Part shown: one piece after another, positions 36,218 through 49,446 of the stretch
How positions within the stretch are numbered: position 1 is the stretch's first letter
How the letters are laid out: every line of letters starts with the position of its first letter
NCBI GenBank assembly: GCA_904063045.1
Contig: CAJFCJ010000007.1
Span: 3,293,404-3,357,403, forward strand
DNA: 64,000 nucleotides
Direction of reading: 5' to 3'
Source of the DNA: Dimorphilus gyrociliatus
Lineage: Eukaryota; Animalia; Annelida
Notes under the pieces: generated by a model
What the model was told of the DNA's origin: nothing
Databases searched by the model: none
The model's input: the letters and a program-made list of their open reading frames with translations, nothing else
Translations under genes and position numbers: made by a program

Positions 36218-37331
36218 TTAAGCTTTGGCAGGTTTTTTCGTCGCTGTTTTTCCATCGTCTTTCTCTTTTTTCTTCTCTTCCTCTTTATCCTTCTTTTCTT
36301 GCCTCGAGTCACTTCTTTCGGCTTCTTTATTGCTAATTTTATTATTTATAAGGTTATGTAAGGAAATGATGGCTCTTATCAAACCAGAAAGGTACAAAAC
36401 CAGCATTTGATCATTTGTTCGGACATGCATTGATTTGACAAAATTGGGAGCTACAACATCCGGAAGGAGATTAAAAGCGTCTTGCATCAGGTAAACAATT
36501 TGGTGATTTATAGGTAATTTTTCATCAGCTACCATTCTCATATATTTACAAATATCCTCTAATTGAGAGTGTAGACCTTTCAATCCTATTAATTGCGATG
36601 TAACCCTTTGGGACAGAGATCCAACAGTTGTATCCTTAATGTCTCTCAACAAGTGTTCTACGCCCACTTCTTCGGCTTCTTCAGCACCCATTTCGCTTGG
36701 TAGATGATCGAATGTTTTGGTGGTAGGTGTACCGTCGTCATGAACTTCTTCCACAGCAACATAGGCATCGGTTGGAAGACCTAAATCTTTAGGTTCGGCC
36801 TCAATAATCACAAGCACAGAATTTGGATTATATTTGCGGAATAATTCATTAATATCGATATCATTATTGTATAATTTGGGTCCAGTATGATACCATCCAA
36901 CTATCTTTTCCCGAGCTTAAAAAATAATATATATTTTATATTAGAGACATAAATATATGGTAAATATAGAATTTAAAATAATAACCATTGACTTTTTTGA
37001 ACATTCCATACATATTTTCCAAGTAATCGTGATCCAAAAACCATACTGATTTATCCTTGTCATCTTCATCGTAAGGCACTGAAATTAAAAACAAAAACGA
37101 TTCATCTCATTGAAAGCATAATATTTTTAGGACTTTACCTGCAAAACTGTTTGAAATATCCAGAGAAGTTCCTTTTTGAGAACCTAATAATACACCAACA
37201 ACTCGTCTGGAGTGGCCGATTTTGTGCATTCGATTAAAATGATCGACAACACTTAATAAAACCAACGGGTGCACGACGACCTTTTCGATCTTCGGTAGTA
37301 AAGGCTTAATAAGATCGTTTACCTCAGTCAT
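36218..37331 (-). CDS. PSMD7: 26S proteasome lid subunit Rpn8 (MPN domain)
   Basis: Exons 37331-37139, 37078-36986 and 36915-36218. [62 protein letters not shown] and [21 protein letters not shown]. Confidence 0.97.
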
Positions 37332-37726
37332 TGCTCAGGATTTATAATATTTCTCAAACTATGATTACAGAAATGACTTGCACTAGCCGACAGGAAGTGG
37401 AAATAGTTTAAAAGTAGTTCGGTCAAAAAAAACTAGTCGAGTATTTCGCCTATTCTGAAAAATGTTATGGCGCTAAATTTTTTTTAAATGTTGTAAAAAT
37501 GCGAAATGCTTGGAAAATTTCCTTTTAAACTAGAACAATTTTCATTAATTGATTTATTAGAGATGGAAAATTTAGTAAAATTATGAATATAAAATTCCTA
37601 AGAAGGCGTAGTAATGTAGTGCCTGTCAACATATAAACAAACAACTTATTCTCACAATTTAACGTGTTTGAAAATCGATTTCAATCATTACTTATTGATA
37701 ATATAAAGCGTTCCAATCCCTCTGCA
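37332..37726. promoter_or_regulatory. Bidirectional promoter region (PSMD7 / coiled-coil gene)
   Basis: Divergent starts. ETS motif CAGGAAGTG at 37391-37399. Confidence 0.65.
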
Positions 37727-39124
37727 ATGCAGAACTGTTACAGAAGTCAGTCAAAGAATACCGAAGGTATGCAAAAGGATCAGGATGATCGGCTTACAAA
37801 AAAGCACATTCAAACTCTGTCATTCGTTCAAGAAGTTGTCAACGAGAACAAAGCGTTGAAAGATAAGATTAAAGAACTAGAAGTAAATAAATTAATTTTC
37901 TTATATTAATTTGCATATAAAACCAATTATGTAATCAAATAAGGATGAATTAGCAAAGTGCAGCCGTCTCCACGAGGTGGCGAACGAGGCGCAAGATAGA
38001 ATACAGAAAATTCAAGCGGATTCTTTAAAACGTATTGATCAAATTACGGCAGACTTAACGGAGAAACATGCCAATGAGGTAATTTAATGATGAGCACCGG
38101 AATTGAATAATTTAATTGTAATCTACTGCAATTCATAAGTATAACGCCCCCTTAAATATTTAATAGATCTTAAGAAAAGTTCAGGAAAAACTCAATGCAG
38201 AAAAAGAATGGTGTGAGAAAGAGGAGAAAGTAGGTAAACAAAAAAAGCTTATTTAATAAAAATCGTTAAAATTCTCTAATTGTTTTTGTTATTCTTCTTC
38301 TTCCTCTGTCCTCGCTGCCTTTCATTTTTATCCTTTTCTCCTTTTATTACTTCCCACCTTCGATCTCTCTCTACGAATATTCACCTCTTGCGTCTGTTGT
38401 TAATAAACAGTTCACTTCAACTGTTGAGAGTTTAAGAGTGGAGAATACGAAGTTAAAAGGTTTATTGGAAACGTTAAGAGACGGATTTGAAGATTTAGAG
38501 GGAACAAAGAATAAACTGGGTAATGTACTTGATGAGCTTTGTGTAGTTAAGGAAGAAAATGATAACCTAAAAGAGGAATGTGCGAATCAACGAGCCGAAT
38601 TGAGTAGGCTTGCTAAAGTGGAAATAGCCAACAAGAACTTAGCGGACGAAGTTAGAGCAGTTAACGCTAAACGCAAAGAATTGGAGTTTGAATTAAGCAG
38701 AACACGTAATGAGCTAAGTGGAATGTGTAATGAGGACGTTTTCGCGAGTTTAAAAGCAAAAATTACTAAGCTATTACGAGAAAAGGACGAAGCGAATGAA
38801 CGGGAAGCGAATCAGGAGATAACGATTAATGATTTGAAATCAGAATTGGCTCTGACTAGGCGAGCTTATAGCGATTCGGAAAGGCAAAGAACGGAACTAG
38901 AGGAAGAAATAAAGAAAATGCGACTAAATATGGAACAGCATCGAAAGTCAATTCCTATTTCCGGTACAGAATCGTTTAAAGATTACGTTCTGCTTAAAAG
39001 AGACTTTTCTGCATTGAAAAAGCTAAACGAAGAATTAACATTAAAGTTGAATTTGAAACAAACTGCTTTACCTAAACTTAAGCCGGAAAGTATGGCTAAA
39101 GGCAATCACAAAGGTAAACGTTAA
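37727..39124 (+). CDS. Uncharacterised long coiled-coil protein
   Basis: Exons 37727-37882, 37944-38078, 38167-38229 and 38411-39124, all phase 0 with GT-AG introns. E/K/L-rich heptad pattern throughout. The start codon is uncertain. Confidence 0.8.
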
Positions 39125-39191
39125 ACATAGTGTCACTTAATGTCCAATAGAGAAATGTCATTTCTTTCAATCTTTATTTACGAATAACAAG

Positions 39192-41675
39192 TTATTTTCT
39201 ATTATTGGCTGTCGTTTGTTGCTTTTCTTGATTGCATTTCTTACATCTTGGGTTTAAGGGGGCGGAATATGTTCGTTTATCGAATAATCGTAATTTTGGG
39301 AGATGTATACTACATCTGGAATGTGCTAAATGGCAACAAAGTAAAATATCAACGGAAGTCGGTTTTTCAACACTTAGTAACTCTCGACAAACGGAGCATT
39401 GCAAATTAGTGTCCTGGAGGGGTGAAAGAAGATAAAAAGAAACGGAAAAGAGATAGTACTTTAGAATATTATTATTCTCATTTTACTTGAAGTATGTCCT
39501 GGGCGGCTATAGAGCAGAGGTGAGCTGCAGGCCAGTCCGATAAATATCTGTACAACTTCTCCAAGTAGACATTGCACCTCAACTTTGTCATCTGTTGAAA
39601 CAAAGAGGAGACAAGAAGAAAAAAAGGTATGGTATGGGAATAGACAATTTTAAAGAGAAAAGTAAAAGACTCGTATAAAAAATGGGAGATGGATGCGGAA
39701 GAAATGAGAAAAAAAGAGAGAAGTTGTCCTGAAGTACCACTGACCCTGGACGACCCTAATAGATAATTACCTTATCGTCACTCTGTTCAGCTTTGGACAA
39801 AATAATTTTGTTCAATTCTAGAGCCTGTCACGGTTTTAAATTGGTAAATTGATTAGGTTAAGACACTCCTTATAAATACGACCTTGCATTCGCAAATGCA
39901 GCCGTTGCGTCGCATTGCCATTAAAGTTGCAGTCTTACCCAATAAAATCTTTATCTCCAAACGGTGCAGTAGTTGCTGGGGACGTTTTTGAAAATCTTGC
40001 GGAAGATTAGATGCCAGTTTACGTTTAGCGTGTTCGTAGTTCTCTAAAGCTTCCTTTTAAGATAATAGAAATATGAGAAAGATAAACGTTTACGGAATAG
40101 AGATTCGACGCCGTCCTGAATACGATTAACGTAGACTAAATCAACAATAGACGCTTTGAATGACGTTTTTTTTTAGTTTATACTATTAATAAAAACATGG
40201 GAATCTCACATGATAATCCCCGCGACGTCTATTCGCCTCTCCTAAACATGTTAGGCATCGAGCCTCCAACTGAACATCACCTTCAAGCATCGAGGCACGT
40301 AACGCGTCCTGTTTGTAAAAGAAAGGAAAAGCTTTTTAGCTTGCTTCAATCGAAAATCGCTCTTATTGTTTGTCTACCGACCGACTTTGCCAAACGAAAG
40401 CCAACTACACATATACTGTGCACGGATTATATATGTATAAAATATATATACCGTACTGTATATATCTATATATACATATATAATAGTTTATATACTCTAT
40501 ATTCAATATACATTATGTGTACAATTTGCTCTATAGAGAAATAAAGTGCTATTATCTCTTTCCTTTTACTTCAAAATAAGGTCACAATGGTTTGATTAAT
40601 CGTTAATTATCCTTGCACAAGCAAGGACTTATGACTAGAACAAAACATTTGTCTAAAGAGAATGATATGCAAAGTTGGGTTGTAATTCTAATGAAACGAT
40701 GTAATATTCATAAAGCTCCGCTCAAGCGGCTTTAAAGTGTTAAATTCTACGCGTTGTCACGTAGTTTAGACGTCAGCTAACAATGGTATAGACGCCTTCG
40801 GCCCTTTCTGATATTAGCTTTGTGTAAGACAAGACGATTGCCTTCAGCCTATTGGGAAACGTATTGTGTAAATGTATAGGTTACTTAAGTAGCCTTTACT
40901 CGAGCGACCGATGAAAATGATTGAAAAGGATAAATCTTCAATTTTCTCCCCCTTTGCCACCCCTTTGCGCTCTCTCTCTCTATCTCGTTTAATTACTTAC
41001 CTTAGCAATCGATGTAGCCTCGTCCAATCTCTCAAATTTGCAGTTTACTTCTGCTAATCTAATCTCGGATTCTCTTTGATATTTGCTAGAAGTTACATCA
41101 AAACTTTCCGATAATCCCTTGGCACATTCATAGTGTTCTTCGGCTTTTTCATAATCTCTCAGTTCTATCAAAAGATCACCCAAGATTATATGAATTTGTA
41201 GTTCAATTTCCTGTTTATTCCTTATAATTCTTGCTTCATATAAATGACGAATACAAGCATCAAATTCTCCCAAAGCTAATAATGAACGTGCTGCAAATAA
41301 ATGACAATCGACGGTTAATCTAGTGTCTTTAGGCGCATCTCGCTCCAATAAGGTTTCAACTCTTCGAACACACCAACGATTCTCGCCGAGGTAATAGCGA
41401 GCAACAGCTAAATTAAAATTGGCATAAGCGTCTTTAACCGCGCAATCTAGCATTTCAGCAATATTCCTTTGCTGTTGGGCGTATTCCAGCATTTGAAATG
41501 GATGGTTGAGTTGTGCGCTGGCTGAAATTAAATATGCTAGAGCAGAAAATTTATCCGAAGCCCTTCTAACTTGATTCAAAGCTACTTTCCATTTTTCAAT
41601 AGCTTCAATTCGCTTATTCCTCGAGTACAAACGGGCTCCTCTGTCCAGATTGTACCTTGCCATTTGCTGCCCCAT
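39192..41675 (-). CDS. RAPSN: Rapsyn (TPR repeats, coiled coil, C-terminal RING-H2)
   Basis: Exons 41675-41001, 40308-40210, 40053-39883, 39824-39771, 39591-39487 and 39413-39192, all phase 0. N-terminus MGQQMARYNLDRGARLY parallels rapsyn MGQ...GL.LY. DALRASMLEGDVQLEARCLTCLGEANRRRGD and RING CSVC...LLCCHLAHSRC...CKKC. An in-frame upstream ATG lies at 41741. Confidence 0.92.
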
Positions 41676-43210
41676 CTTCACCGTCACTTTTACCGCTTGC
41701 AAGGTCGGCTTTATTTTCCGTCCACTAGATGTCTCCTTCATAGACTCTCAAACGATTTATAAAATCAACAGATGTCTCTAGTTGGGAATCATTTGTACAT
41801 ATCTAACTAAATTTACAATATATTCATCCGTATCTATAGATATATTTAGAGAACAATCAAATGAATAAATCCGCTATATAAGCTTTATATAAGATGGTTG
41901 TATATACACAATATGCATCCTGTATGTAGGCTGTACAATCACCTCATGTTAGGTAACATAAGGCGGCAAAGGTTTTATCAATCGCTAAGAAAAGCTATTG
42001 ACATTTATGTAACGTTAAATATAAATATGTACACATATACATATTATAACCAGCTATTATGGTACTCAGTAATGATGCTGAGACAGAGAATTTAGAAGAT
42101 CCGATAAATTTAACCTTCTCTGACAAGGAAACCGTTGATGTTATGTCTATAAACTTGAGTGACTGTGGACGATAACTTCCTATTCTACAGACATATACTA
42201 ATTAATAATTAATAGAAATAGAAATTCTATAGAAATTTCTAGAGATTTATAATTTTCACTGCGCCATTTTATTATTATAAACAAAAAATTGCTCTAATGA
42301 ATTAATAATATAAAGTACTTCTTTCTTATAATATCATAATATTAAAATATCAATTGTAAACTGTAGTTCTTTATGCTCCTATCTAGTTTGTCCATTTGCT
42401 TCTACTATATATATATATATTTAAATAAATACATTAAGTGCATGTTTCTATGTCTTTGAGCAGAAGGTTGGGAAAAAAAATTGCTCTAGCGTGTTGTGAT
42501 GTAATCAATTGGCAATTTGTGGCTATGCGCCAAAATATTAAAGGAGACAGTCGAATTTATAGCGCACTTTGCTGTCCATCGCACCATTTTACCACAAGAA
42601 AAAGAGAAAGAGAAAAAAGAAACGAATAGAGAGGGAAAGATAGAAAAGAAAAGGAGACAGTGAGGTAAAGGAGAGACAGAGAGAAACTATTTTAATGTGA
42701 ACAAGAAAAAGAAAGAAAACCATGAAAAGAACTAAAGAATAACGTATAAAAAAAGGGAGAAAATAGAGCGCGCCAAACTTAGTCGGGGCGTCTAATTAAA
42801 CCGACACAATTCGCTATGAAAAATAGGCTGGCGATAATTTATATCGACAACTCTTGCATAAAGCTCGCAATGAATAGACGTTCGCATTGCTTGACCGGAC
42901 CGTTTGTCGTTTATTCAATAGCTAATTCTCAAACCGTTTCGTCCCTTCAAACGAATTTAACCAAACATCCTTATTGCCTTTCTTCCTCCTCTTTGCTACC
43001 ATTCGTTCATCTTTCTATACCCTTTCCCATCTACAGTTATTAATAATACGCATATCTACGTTCTAATGAAGTTACTGATTTATTTACAGAGCGGCGTCAC
43101 GTCCTAAAGCCGACGCTTGATGGAATCCTATACGGCTCATTGTTGTTGTTAACGAAGGAAAGTAGCGCCGAACGATTTTCGCCAGGGAAAGGTCAAGCAT
43201 TGATTAGCGA

Positions 43211-43220
43211 GTGACGTCAC
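43211..43220. promoter_or_regulatory. Perfect CRE palindrome (G-TGACGTCA-C)
   Basis: GTGACGTCAC is seen directly; function is inferred. Confidence 0.5.
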
Positions 43221-43440
43221 AGGATAAAGTTGCGTAAAATCATCATATGCAATTTTTTTCCCCATCTCCTTTCTATTCTAGTCTCTTTCATAGGTTTTTT
43301 ACATAAAAAAAATTTTAATCAGTTTTTTATGCTAATTACAATTAGTCCCAAAGCATTAGAAGTCAACTCGTTTTCCCCAGCCAGTGGCTCCATCTACCGA
43401 CCGGTCAAGTGGCGTTCTTACGGTGTATAGCACGCTCATA

Positions 43441-43510
43441 CCACGCCCCTTATATAAACGTAATTAGTAATTAGAAGTTGAGGCGTGCCAGAAAAATTGA
43501 CGAACACGTG
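43441..43510 (+). promoter_or_regulatory. Core-promoter-like module: KLF/SP site, TATA box, E-box
   Basis: CCACGCCCC 43441-43449, TATATAAA 43451-43458 and CACGTG 43505-43510. Confidence 0.45.
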
Positions 43511-43669
43511 CGTGACTTCATCGACGTTTATAGACGTCTATGCGAGCTACTCGCCTCTTCTTTCCATTTAGTCGCGACATTTGCAGATTTTTTTGCAGTC
43601 GACCGCCTTATTAATTATACCCCGTATTTGCGCTAACGAATTCTATGTATATATTTAATTTCATCGAAG

Positions 43670-43705
<36 letters not shown>

Positions 43706-46700
43706 TATATCGGCATCTACGTATATAAATAGACACTTAAACTTATTTAAAAGATCGATGAAAATTATAAATGTTCCTTAAAGAAGCATTGTAGAAAAAT
43801 TTGGAAACTGTAGATGCTAAATATATAGAGATGAGCGTACTTTTATAAACAATACTCAATATATTCCATTATATACGAATACTTCGACTTGCTAATATGC
43901 TATCTATACCCTATATATTCAGTTAAATATACTAACAATTTAGTATATGGTACAGTGTACTCTATTGCTTCTATTGGTTTATATATGTATATGTATATAT
44001 TTATACATGCTTTTGTTTATATACTAAAACGGACCAGATTCATACAAATATGCATATTACAGTATAATATGTATACTACAAAAATACATTCCATGTAATC
44101 TACTCCTATGACTGGTTCACCATACATTATGTAACAATACTTGTATGTACAAAGTGTATAACAATGAATTCTTAGATGTCTGTGCTGACCAGTTTACACA
44201 TCTATTCGTTTATATGTATAATTTTTTTCCCGGTAGCTAGCGACGCCTATACCCAAATCGTTTCTGCTTGATTTCTACCGTTTTACGCTTGTCCAAGTTC
44301 TAGGGAGTTATTTGTTTGAACGTAATTGATGATGAGAAAGTGGCGTCTATTTACCGTTACATCGGGTACTATTGTTAGTGTCGAGCATAGAAAAAACGAG
44401 AAAAAGAATAGGGTTAACAAAATGAAATTACAAAGATGTAAACGTTTGTGCTAATACTATAGTAGAGGGAGAAAGAGAGAGAGAGAGAGAGAGGGAACGA
44501 GGAAAGGAGAGAAGATAGAAAGAAAACTAGATAGATAGATAGATAGATAGATGGATGGGTAGATAAATAGATAGATAGATAGAAGAAATGACGATGTAAT
44601 ACACGCACACAGGTTTGTTAACTACGCAGAAAAGTTTGTGCATTAGCAGGCCTAATAAAAATTATAGAGGGAGAGAGGAATTGAGTAAGAGAGAAAATGT
44701 GTATACCAACGTGTTTGATGCGTAAGGGGAAGAAAAGAAATGATTAGGTTTGTGTCTGTATGTGGTAGAAGAAAGATGAGCGTAAAGAGAAAGGAAGACA
44801 GAGTGAAAGAGAAAAGTAGAGAAATAGGGGGAAAAAATAGAGAAAAGAAAGAGAGAAACAGAAAAAGAATGAAAGGAAAGAAGAAAAGAGTGAATTTTAA
44901 AGAGAAAAGAGGAAGGGGTGGAAAGGAAAAGGCTAGTATTTAAAGCTAGAACGATAGATCGATGATGTCGTAATGGGCAGCTATAGATGGATTTTTGGGA
45001 TCAAGAGTTGCTTATAGTAAAAGGCTCCTCTAAGGGATTTCTTTAGCGCCGTGTCCGATGCGTCGTGCATAAATTTGTTTTTGATTAAGCTCCGATATTT
45101 CATTGTACTGCATAGAAAGCGTAGAGAGGCAGAGAGTAGGCGCTCTTTAGAAAATAATGGCTTCTGTAATAGTTTAGCATAAGAGATAGATGCGCTTGGC
45201 ATATATCTGTCTGGAACAGGCTCCCGTCTTAATTGGCCCGAATTGAAGTTTGCTGCATAAATCTATATAAATCTTTATATATATCTCTTCATGTATATAT
45301 ACGTTTATTTATATATTACCATTATACGGGTATATGAACAATACAGATGTAAATAGAAATGCGAATAGTGTACCTATATAGACGGATGATTTAGATAATA
45401 ATAATAATAATAAAAAAACTTATTTAATTTATACAGGACGCATTGAATATTATAGAGTGGAAGAAAATTCGCTTATATAGACCTCTTCCACTCTGGCAAA
45501 CTCGGCTTTTGACGTTGTCGAAAGTCGACAGAGTGACGAAGCGCATTTATAGCGAACGCCTAGCCTAATTAGCGCATAGCCAAATTCTCGCAAAAATTAC
45601 GCGGCATTCGCAGCGACGTCGGCGTCGATTAGGCGATTATTAAGCGGCGTCCATTTTCGCTAATATTCTGCCCCTGCCTTTCGAGCGCGGACGCGTTCAG
45701 GTCATCACTATGGTAACGATCGTTCTCCAGCGGCTTTTTCTTACTGCCGCTTGCGCAACACTGCAAAGACTCTGCAACGCGTGCCGATAGTCGGCTGCAA
45801 TTATGTTGAATAGGGCGGCGATGAGCGGTAAACAATGCTGGTGAAATGCGAGTAATGCGATTATATGTAGAATAAAAATATATATATATCTGTAAATATA
45901 TATATATATATATATATGTTTATATATAAATATATATATATATATACATGTATATTTATATACATATATATATATATAGTACATTTATATACATACTAAA
46001 AATCACCTCAATGATATAACAGTACTTTATATATACATACAGAGTTTATATATTTACAGTTTATATATGTATATATGCATGAGTTTGTATGATTTAACTT
46101 GTTCATATAGTAACCCTGGATAAGACAGGATAACGTCTTAAATGAATATAGGGTAGAATAGATTATGGAAATAAAGAAGAGGACAAGGAATAGAGGGTGG
46201 GATAGAAAATCCCTTATCATTTATCCCGTCTTAATACTGACTGTACCTAATACTCAAAAGATATGTGTAGATTCTTGTATGTGTTTTATCAGTAAATCTT
46301 TCCTTTCATAGATATTCTTACGTAATATATAAATATATAAGTGTATATTATAAATACAAGACATTACTAACGTATACGTAACGCCCCTGATGCTAAATAA
46401 TTAATTTGCGCTTGCGTCTTGCAGTAGCGAACCGCCTGTCAGACGCTAATGAGAATGAATGCATTTCGCGCAACCCGTGTCTAATTGTTGCGTATATGTA
46501 GGCCTGTAGCGAAGAAACTTGGGTGGCTTTGATGTGCGCAATTAGTCTGTCATCGGCCTTTCTACGCTTAATGGCCGTTAATTGACTAGAGGCGTCAATA
46601 GACGGCAGATTGTTGCTTGATTGCGGAGCGCAGATGAAAAATGGACGAAATTAGAGAAATAAGCTTTTTGCAGATCACGCCCGTATGCCCAATGGTAATG

Positions 46701-47488
46701 ACAGATTGTGAGCACGTGCTGTAGAACCTTTTTCCTTTTGAACGACATCCAAATTCACAAGGTGGCGTTACCTTCTTTTTCTGTTTTTGTTTTTACCTGC
46801 ATCTCTTCCGTTTAACTCTTGAACTGCTGCTATACGTAACAAACGAAGGGAAGACTAGAGTGTACTGTAATAAGAGAAAAGGCAATTAAGAGAATGGCAA
46901 TCTGCTAATGAAACAACCTTTTTCCTACAAATAATTTATTCATTATTTTCAATCAGCCATTAATTTACTCGGCTTTCGCTAAGTCTAAATAGAAATGTGT
47001 GAAAAAAAGGCAAAAGTTTCGTATTTGATGATATATAATTAGTATATGCAAATAATCATTAGTGGATCACGTACGGTGTCATTTTTTCATTCATTTCCTT
47101 CTCTCTTAGCGCACGTGATTGCACATATACGAGCTGTATATATAAAATGCGTGTCCACTTATATTATCACGTTCCCTATTGAATATTCATTAAGTGTTTA
47201 ATAAGTCCGCTTATCTATAAAAACGGTAGACAACTCACATCTTCGTTTTTCAACTTTTAGTTACCAGTTTATTCAAACTTTTTCTCCCGCGCAGTAGATG
47301 TTTTTTGTTATTTGTTTTTCATTTGGTTAGCTTAGTTAAGTGTTTTTTTCTTTCTACTTTCTTTTAGTATTAATTATAAGAGATAATATAGTTATATAAT
47401 AATATAAAAACTACTATATGTATATATATATATATATATACTGTTTATATATATATATATATATTTATTTACATATTTATATAAATAC

Positions 47489-47524
<36 letters not shown>
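47489..47524 (+). repeat. (AGAT)9 tetranucleotide repeat
   Basis: Directly visible. A second interrupted AGAT/GGAT tract lies at about 44529-44582. Confidence 0.9.
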
Positions 47525-49398
47525 GGTTAGATAGAAGTTTATGTATATAGACTGTATATACATTTATATATATATATATATATATATTATATATTAATAA
47601 GTGTCTATATGTACTTAAAAATGTATTAAATACAAGTTAGAGGGCTTATGTGTGTATCTCATAAGGTTTATATCTATATATGTAAATATTTATATATATA
47701 AGCATGGAGAGACGAGGGCGGAATGATCACGTCTAGGACTGATAATTAGACTTTTTATTATAAACACGTATCTAGTATTTCTCTTTCATGTTGTAAATCC
47801 ACCATTACTTGATTAACAGTGAGAAATGACTGCGTCACCTTTCCGTCTTTTTTCCCCCGACTCGTCTCGGTTACGTTTTTGTTCGTTCTTCTATATTAAT
47901 ATGGGATAACGAATTATTTTTTTTTTTACAATAACAAGCAAATAATAGTATATTTCTTTTTTTAAAATAATGGTACATATGTAAAAAATTATATATGTAT
48001 ATATATATATATATATGTAGAGAGAGAGAGAGACACACACACAGACAGAGGGAGAGAGAGAGAGGAACATTACAGAGGGGAAACTTGTATCACTTAATAT
48101 ATATATATATATATATTGTTATATATGTATATTTATAAATATGGAGTAATTTTAGATCTGTTACACAATTTGGGGAGAAGGGATAGAAAAAAAATAAAAA
48201 GTGGGAGGAAAGGAAATTAAATGAATTTTGAAACTTGGATGAAATTTAATAATAAAATAAGATACACGCACTTAAAATAAAATAAAAAAACTTGTTCTTA
48301 TTATAATAAGAAGAATAAGTTATTTATTTATTAATTACACTTAACGGAATCATCAATATAGTTGTAATTTATATAACTATATATATATACATTGTATTAA
48401 TGCATTTATTCATGTATTACTTTATTCATTAGTACATGGATTTTCTCACACATTCAATCAGTTTAAATATTATTAAGAACAGACTAGTTTATCGGGATTA
48501 TTTGTATATGATATAGGGAAAAAATGGCGGAAGAATTTTATTATTGCTCCGCCGATCATTTCATTCCGACCCACCATCATATTCGAGAGCCGCATACAAA
48601 TCGCGCGCAACTCTACTCTAATTACCAAAACTCGTCCATATCGATTGCCCTTCTGGCGGCTCGTCGCAGTTTTTTTTTTATACTACAGATATTCCTTTAT
48701 TTATTTATTTATTTATTTACTCTATCTTCTCACTCACTCCGTCTTTCTCTCTTTCTCTCTTTCTCTTTTTCATTCTGTCGTCTTTCCCTCATCCTGTCTT
48801 ACTCCTTCCCTGTTACTTTTCCTTTTTCAATTTATTCTTTATCTTGTCATTTTCCCTAATTTCGCTTGTTTAGTATTTATCATGGATGCGTTTTATTTTT
48901 TTTTTGTTCTTGGCTATTAATTTGCACTTCAATTGTTTACTATATATGTATACATTTATATATATATATATATTCTATATTCTATTGTTGTCTTTTTAAT
49001 TGCAAACGTTTCTACTCAGCTTACATTATTTTAATTTCTTATTATCATTTTTCTTGTTATTAATAGTTATTAGTTTTCTAGTTTCGCTTATACATAATTA
49101 TCTCTAGAGGTTACGCGGAGGTGCGAAAGGCGACGAAAACGAGATTGTTATACTTCAAAGACTTTTCTAATCAAGACGGCACGCGTTCCCTTAATTCTCG
49201 TTTATGAAAGGGGAAAAGATTGAGGGACTGTGTTATGACTGAGTGTATTTTCTTCTCCTACCATCGAATGTTTTACGTTTAGAAATGTAATAATGACCTA
49301 TTTACATCAAAATAAACTAAATGTAAAAAGATTTGCATATACAAAATATATGTCAAGATATAAGAATGTACATTGTCTAATTTGCATATTTTAAAAGA

Positions 49399-49446
<48 letters not shown>

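Noticed and set aside
36218-41675. Rapsyn next to a proteasome gene, recalling vertebrate RAPSN-PSMC3 adjacency
   Set aside because: The gene here is PSMD7 (MPN lid subunit), unrelated to the AAA-ATPase PSMC3, so this is coincidence.
48524-48859. ORF starting MAEEFYYCS with good Kozak context
   Set aside because: It runs into T/CT low-complexity sequence with no donor or domain. The ATGGCGG is better explained as a YY1-type motif.
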